From: Hydrurus foetidus
Lineage: Eukaryota
Reading direction: 5' to 3'
NCBI GenBank assembly: GCA_900617105.1
Contig: UYFQ01000486.1
Coordinates: forward strand, 1 to 38,343
DNA length: 38,343 nt
In this document: positions 33,105 through 38,343 of the stretch, one piece after another
How positions within the stretch are numbered: the stretch's first letter is position 1
How the letters are laid out: every line of letters starts with the position of its first letter
Translations under genes and position numbers: made by a program
The notes under the pieces: model-generated
What the model saw: only the letters and a program-made list of their open reading frames with translations
Told to the model about the DNA's origin: nothing
Databases searched by the model: none

Positions 33105-36100
33105 TTATACATTGAGCACTTGGTCGCGTAGCTCTTGGAATAGCTTCCCCTGCAGTGGCTTGGTCAGCAAATCTGCAATCATTTCTTTAGTACTCTTGTA
33201 GGTTACAATAATATGGTCTGATTTAATTCGGTCATGCAGGAAGAAAAACTTGATGTCTATGTGTCTAGTTCTTTCACTGTTGGACCTACCGTTCTTAACT
33301 AACTGAATTGTGGATAGGTTATCTTGGTAAATTAAAGCTGGACCTACCTCATACTCTTGATGGATAAGGAAATTCCTAGTCCATAAAACCTGATTACCTG
33401 CTTCAGTCATAGCTACTAGTTCTGCCTCTGTGCTAGACGTAGTATTTAATTTCTGAGTGGAACTCTTACCATATATTGCTCCCTTACCTAGTGTTATAAT
33501 ACAGCCAGTGTGACTCTTCTTATCTGCATGTACAGCGTATGATGCATCTATATAGGCTATAACCTTAACCGGAGTATCTACCTCTAGGGTCAGCGGCGTA
33601 GCTCTGGTCTCTCTGATATACCGTATAGTATGCGCTAACTTATTCCAGTCGTCGGTTCTAGGTTCTAAGACTCTTTTAGTTAGATATGCTATACATGTCA
33701 GTATGTCTGGTCTGGTTCTCTTACTTAAATATAACAACTTAGCTGTTAGTGAGTGGAATCTCTCACGTTCTTTATCTTTCAATAAAGGACTGTTAAGATC
33801 GATCTTGAATAGATTATCGTCGGCAGGTGTTCTAGACACCCCCACAATCTCTATGCAATCGTCTAACAAGTCTTTTATGAAACCTTCCATGGATATGACA
33901 ACTCTGCCTAACTGCTCAAAGTTAAAAGTCATACCTATATAATTCAACACTCTGCCTCTACTCTTAGTCAGGCCTGGGTATAGTTTTTCTATCTCTGAAA
34001 TTATACTATCTATACGCTTCTCATCCCTACTGCTGATCATCATATCATCAACATGGATAACTAAAGTAGTCTGAGTGGAATCTAGCTCAGTCCTATTGAA
34101 TACACATATGTCTGATGGATTTACCTTATAGCCTAACTGTGTTAAGTCTGATGATATTTTATCGTACCATAACTTAGCTGACTCTACACATCCATATAAT
34201 GCTTTCTTAAGCTTAACTACTACTGTTCCTTTCTCATTTACATACTTCTGATAAGACTTGTCAATGCTAACTAATATGTTAGTCAAATATTTATTCAGTC
34301 TCATCAGCACTGCATGGTCACCGTCTAGTGGCATATCACTGTTGAGGAATGCACCAGGAAAATCGATCGTAGCGACCGCTCGATTTTCACTAGCAGCAAT
34401 TGCAGCAACAATAAATACGCTAGTGGTGCTAACAGTTGGTGATGAACCGTTATCATATATATTTCTATCTTGTAAGTGACCTCCTGCTACAAGTCTAGAT
34501 TTTAGCTTATCAAATTTACCATCTGCTGTATACTTATCTTTTAAAACATACTGCTGGTTATGATACTTTTCCTCTGATTGTAACTAAGACTGTTGAGGTG
34601 AACTGCCTCCCACACATTCTTATCACACATCTGTTGTAACTCTTTTTAATGGAATCTACGGCTATCTCGCCTAATTTCTGTACTCCTTCTGTTACGGTCA
34701 TGTTCATCATGTACTTACACATAACTGAATCTTTGTAGCTAGGTATACTTAAACCTACTAATCTCTTGTTCCATCTACCTGGCTGATGGTTTCTAGCACT
34801 ACGTCTGGGTTGTTTATCTAGAATTTCCTCTGACTTGCTATTTTCTGTGGTGGGGGTATCTACCTCATCATCACTGTCTACACCAAATATATCATTCATT
34901 AATGCATCGGGGTCAGTTGGTGTATCGTCATACACTACATCCTCTCCTTCATTAACGTATATATCATTTGGTATGTATTCTGTTAATTGTTCGAACTCTG
35001 ATTCGTAAGCTACATCAGAATTGCCATCGTATGAGTCAAAATTATTTGCTATCTCATGATGCACAAATTCGTCTTCTGTAGGGTAACTATACGGTGTTAT
35101 CATGTCAGGTGTCTGCAACTCAAATTCATCGTTGGAGTAATCATTTCCATCGTCTTCGAGGATTTGATTACTCTGTTCGAAAATAGGTTGCTTGACATTC
35201 ACTGACATATTTAATTTCCTCTCAGATGCTAACTTATCGAGGTAACTGATCACATCATCTGTCATGGGTAGGCTAGTAGCCTTTGTCCTCTTCACTACTT
35301 TTAAGTTAGCTAACAGCAGATAATACCATGAACCTTCTAGGTTGCCTGCACTAACTAATGCTATTGCTGCCTGTGATCTGGGTTTAGTCGAGTTGTCCAC
35401 GGAGTCGGTATGTACTTGTACGTAATCACCGAAACCGTGTTTCAACTCCTTATCTACGTTAATCTTTCTACCGTATAATTTCTCTCTGGGGCTGACGTAA
35501 GCTACACTGTTTCTAGTTGGTACTAAATTTAATCTGTTCACAACATATCTAAGTAACCAACTTTCTAGTAGCTCACTCAGTGAAAAAGGTACCGTGTTGA
35601 TGATGGCACGAACACGTTCCTTGATCACTCTGATCTTCCTCTCAACTACAGCTACTGCTTCTCCTGCTCCAGTACTGTCTAATATAATACCTAGTGCGGC
35701 TAGCTTACTCTCAAAACTTATAGTGTTAACTGCCGACTCTCCGTCTATTCTTATCATAGTTATCTTAAATCCATACTTAGTAATGTGATGTATGTTGCTC
35801 TCTAAGTTCATCCATAAGGAAGACTTGTTTTTACGTGAGAGTTTACATATCATCACATATTCTAAGGGATTTGTAACAGTGACTAGATAGGGTATCGAGT
35901 TCACAAACATCAAATCTATGTACATAACCTGGTTCAGGAACTGCCTATCTACAACTGGCATCTCTTCCTCTAACTCAGTTTTGTGACTAGTTGTTTTCCC
36001 CTTAAGGGAACCCAAATCTGGTCCAAAAATATCTAATGCTCTAACTACATCTTGTGCTGTTATGTCACTCTTATCTAATTTCCCCTGACCTATTAATTTA

Positions 36101-38009
36101 ATTAACTGTCCTGGGCTGGCGTAACCTAACTTTCTCTGATACTCTCTAGCTAACTCTGCTGACTTAACTTGTCTAGCTGTATACAGTTTCTTCTTATCCT
36201 TAACTGTCATGACCATGATCGATTTATCGAACGATACATTCTTGTAACTGACATTTCTGTCTAAGTCGCATAGATATATGTTCGTAGACTGATCATGGAC
36301 AAATCTATATACAGGTCCTAACTTAATCATCCTAACTTTGTAACAATCCTGGTCACTGTCATAGCTAACTGACTCGCTCGAGCTGACTATGTTACCGAAG
36401 GATAATATATTTGCTATACAATTTCTATCGTAGTAAACTGTTCCGAAGTCCGTCTCGCCACACTCCGTGATTATCAAGGGTTCCCCCTGAGGGTTCACTC
36501 CATTAATAATCATCGGGGTAGCGGACGGCATAATACTATAAAATAAATCTCCACTACAAAATACTGACTCTGCTGCACATGTATCTAACAACACTTGTCT
36601 CTCTGTAAATGTGGAACTGTGTGTATATACATTCGCACTAAAAATCACAGGGTCACCCCCACAATTTTTACTGTTCAGTGGACAAAAATTCTCCAAGCTG
36701 CATGCTTTATCTAACAATGGCACAAACGCAGGGTAACCGGTCGACGTTGCAAATACGTCATGCAGTCCGGTTTCCCCACACGGAACATTTACATCCTTAG
36801 CTAGTGAATCAGGTAAAAAACATATAAGGGACTTACTTTTCCGAGGAAGTGTGACGCGCAGGTGCGTTCTTCCTCGGGGCTTCTTACACTCGTACGCATA
36901 ATGGCCCTCCTCCCCGCAGTTGTTGCACGCTCCGTAACGGGTACCGTACTCCTGTACGGCACCACCTCTCTCTCTCTGTGGGGTGGCCTCCCTATCCCTA
37001 TAGGGAGTGCCTGCCCTCGCTCTACTCTCGCTGCCGGGGGTGTCGTACCCTCCCTTCTCAGCTCCGCTCTGCCTCCGCGGCCTCTGCCGCCTCTCCCACC
37101 GGAACCCGCTCTCCCACCCCGACTGGCCGCGAAAACGTTTCGCTTCTCCGAGTTCGGGGGAGCTCCTCCGTGGACGGGCCTTCCCATAAGGAAGTTGGCC
37201 GCGTCCTGGTTGGCATCGGCCATGGTCTGCGGCCATGACCGAACCTTATTTTTAAACGTATTTATATATTCTGAATAGTTTGAATTCAGTCCAGTTATAA
37301 ATAATACAGCATGGAACTCATCTGTGTGTTCTGGGGCTTCTTCGTCCGCCATCCTGTAGGCTTCGCTCTTGACAAACAGCAGCGTCCTACACCTACTATA
37401 GTAAGCAGCTAGATCTTCGTGTTGAGTCATTTTATTATTATAAAAGTTTCTAACTGCTGTAATATGTTATAAGTTTCTCCATACCTTTTGTTGTTCATGT
37501 GTGTTGCAACCACACATGTCAACAGACCTAGTGGATCGCACTCCTCCATAGCTCTCTTCCCAGCCGGCATCTCGTTCACCCTGGTCTGCGAGGCCTCTGA
37601 CATTTGACCTAATAATACACCATACAATTTTGCGCAGTCTTTTATAAGTAATTCATCAGCAGCATCATATTTCTTACGTGCAGTTTTCCATCTCTCTATC
37701 GCGACAAGCCGGCTCCCTCCGGCGGGTCTTCAGGTTCCACCTGCTCCACGTAGTCGTAGAGGATCCCGTCTATACCTATAATTTCTTTAATAGAAGATTC
37801 ATAAGTACTGTACATATATACTCTAAAACATTCGAGCCATTTCAACACAGCTTCCGGATCTGCCGCTTGGCCTCGTGGCAGATCCAGGTAAGCACCTACC
37901 TCGGGCTTCCTACCTTTTACTATGGGTTTATGGGGCTCGCCTTGCCCCTACCATATCGACCCCTGCCCCCGCCACGGGACTGGAATCTTCCATCGCCTCG
38001 TCCTCTCAT
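33105..38009 (-). pseudogene. Copia gag-pol polyprotein with stops/frameshifts
   Basis: RGG-rich gag start at 38009, zinc knuckle CNNCGEEGHYAYEC, protease LLDTCA, integrase YIDLMFV / RIDGE / VERKIRVIKERVR, RT LYGCVESA and IHVDDM, RNase H IDASY / TEAEL / QDN / DLLTKP. Confidence 0.92.
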
Positions 38010-38053
38010 CCTTGCAAGATTTTTGCAACTTCTAGCTAATCTATCTAAGGATG

Positions 38054-38064
38054 ACTGTCGTTTA
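38054..38064 (-). promoter_or_regulatory. Non-tRNA primer-binding site (putative self-priming PBS)
   Basis: Minus-strand TAAACGACAGT directly after the 5' LTR; exact complement of LTR positions 38196-38186 (ACTGTCGTTTA on the minus strand). Confidence 0.7.
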
Positions 38065-38343
38065 TGTTGGAAATCTGGGCGATTTACACGGAATTTCTTC
38101 CGAGTTCCCAAACGATCCCTGCACTTCCGACTGCTAGCAACGCTCGCTCAAAAGAGAAGAAGACGTTCTATTCGGTAAGTTGGATTAAACGACAGTGACA
38201 TGCTGTCGATTACATCTAGGTAGCATAACATGAGTGCGAGGGTTGCGGTCAATGTTATCGCTGAATGTACGTACACCCGTGCATGAAAACAATCATACAT
38301 CACACAGGGTACAAGATCCTAGTCTAATCCGGATATCACAACA
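38065..38343 (-). repeat. 5' LTR (279 bp)
   Basis: Direct repeat of 32317-32595, ending at the last base of the window. Confidence 0.95.

Larger units (their letters stand above)
32317..38343 (-). mobile_element. Full-length two-LTR Ty1/copia retrotransposon (CoDi6-like), coding region decayed
   Basis: Two 279-bp TG...CA LTRs; gag-PR-IN-RT-RH order on the minus strand; PPT GGGGGTG abutting the 3' LTR. Confidence 0.95.

Overview
Eukaryotic, intron-rich genomic DNA, probably a stramenopile/ochrophyte alga (inferred from the P2 C-terminus, CoDi-like copia elements and TTAGGG-type repeats). There are four host genes: a 4-exon 60S acidic ribosomal protein P2 (5081-5997 +), a 19-exon PIF1-family helicase (15224-6624 -), an intronless NAD-dependent epimerase fused to a second domain (18309-16123 -), and a secreted Cys-rich repeat protein (20679-19276 -). 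Both flanks are transposon nests. Left flank: a CoDi-like copia pol interrupted by a probable second LTR element, plus hairpin MITEs. Right flank: a degenerate DIRS-order tyrosine-recombinase retrotransposon whose 3' split direct repeats are tandemly amplified (B-A-B-A-B-A-B), a Harbinger-type transposase remnant, a complete two-gene PIF/Harbinger element carrying a giant palindromic insert (7-bp TSD), and a two-LTR copia element. Most notable: that copia has no tRNA-type PBS, and the 11 nt right after its 5' LTR are the exact complement of an 11-nt stretch inside the LTR, the signature of Tf1-like self-priming. The PIF1 also carries an N-terminal PIP box and a C-terminal RPA32-binding-like helix. 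All calls are by manual reading; no database searches were run.
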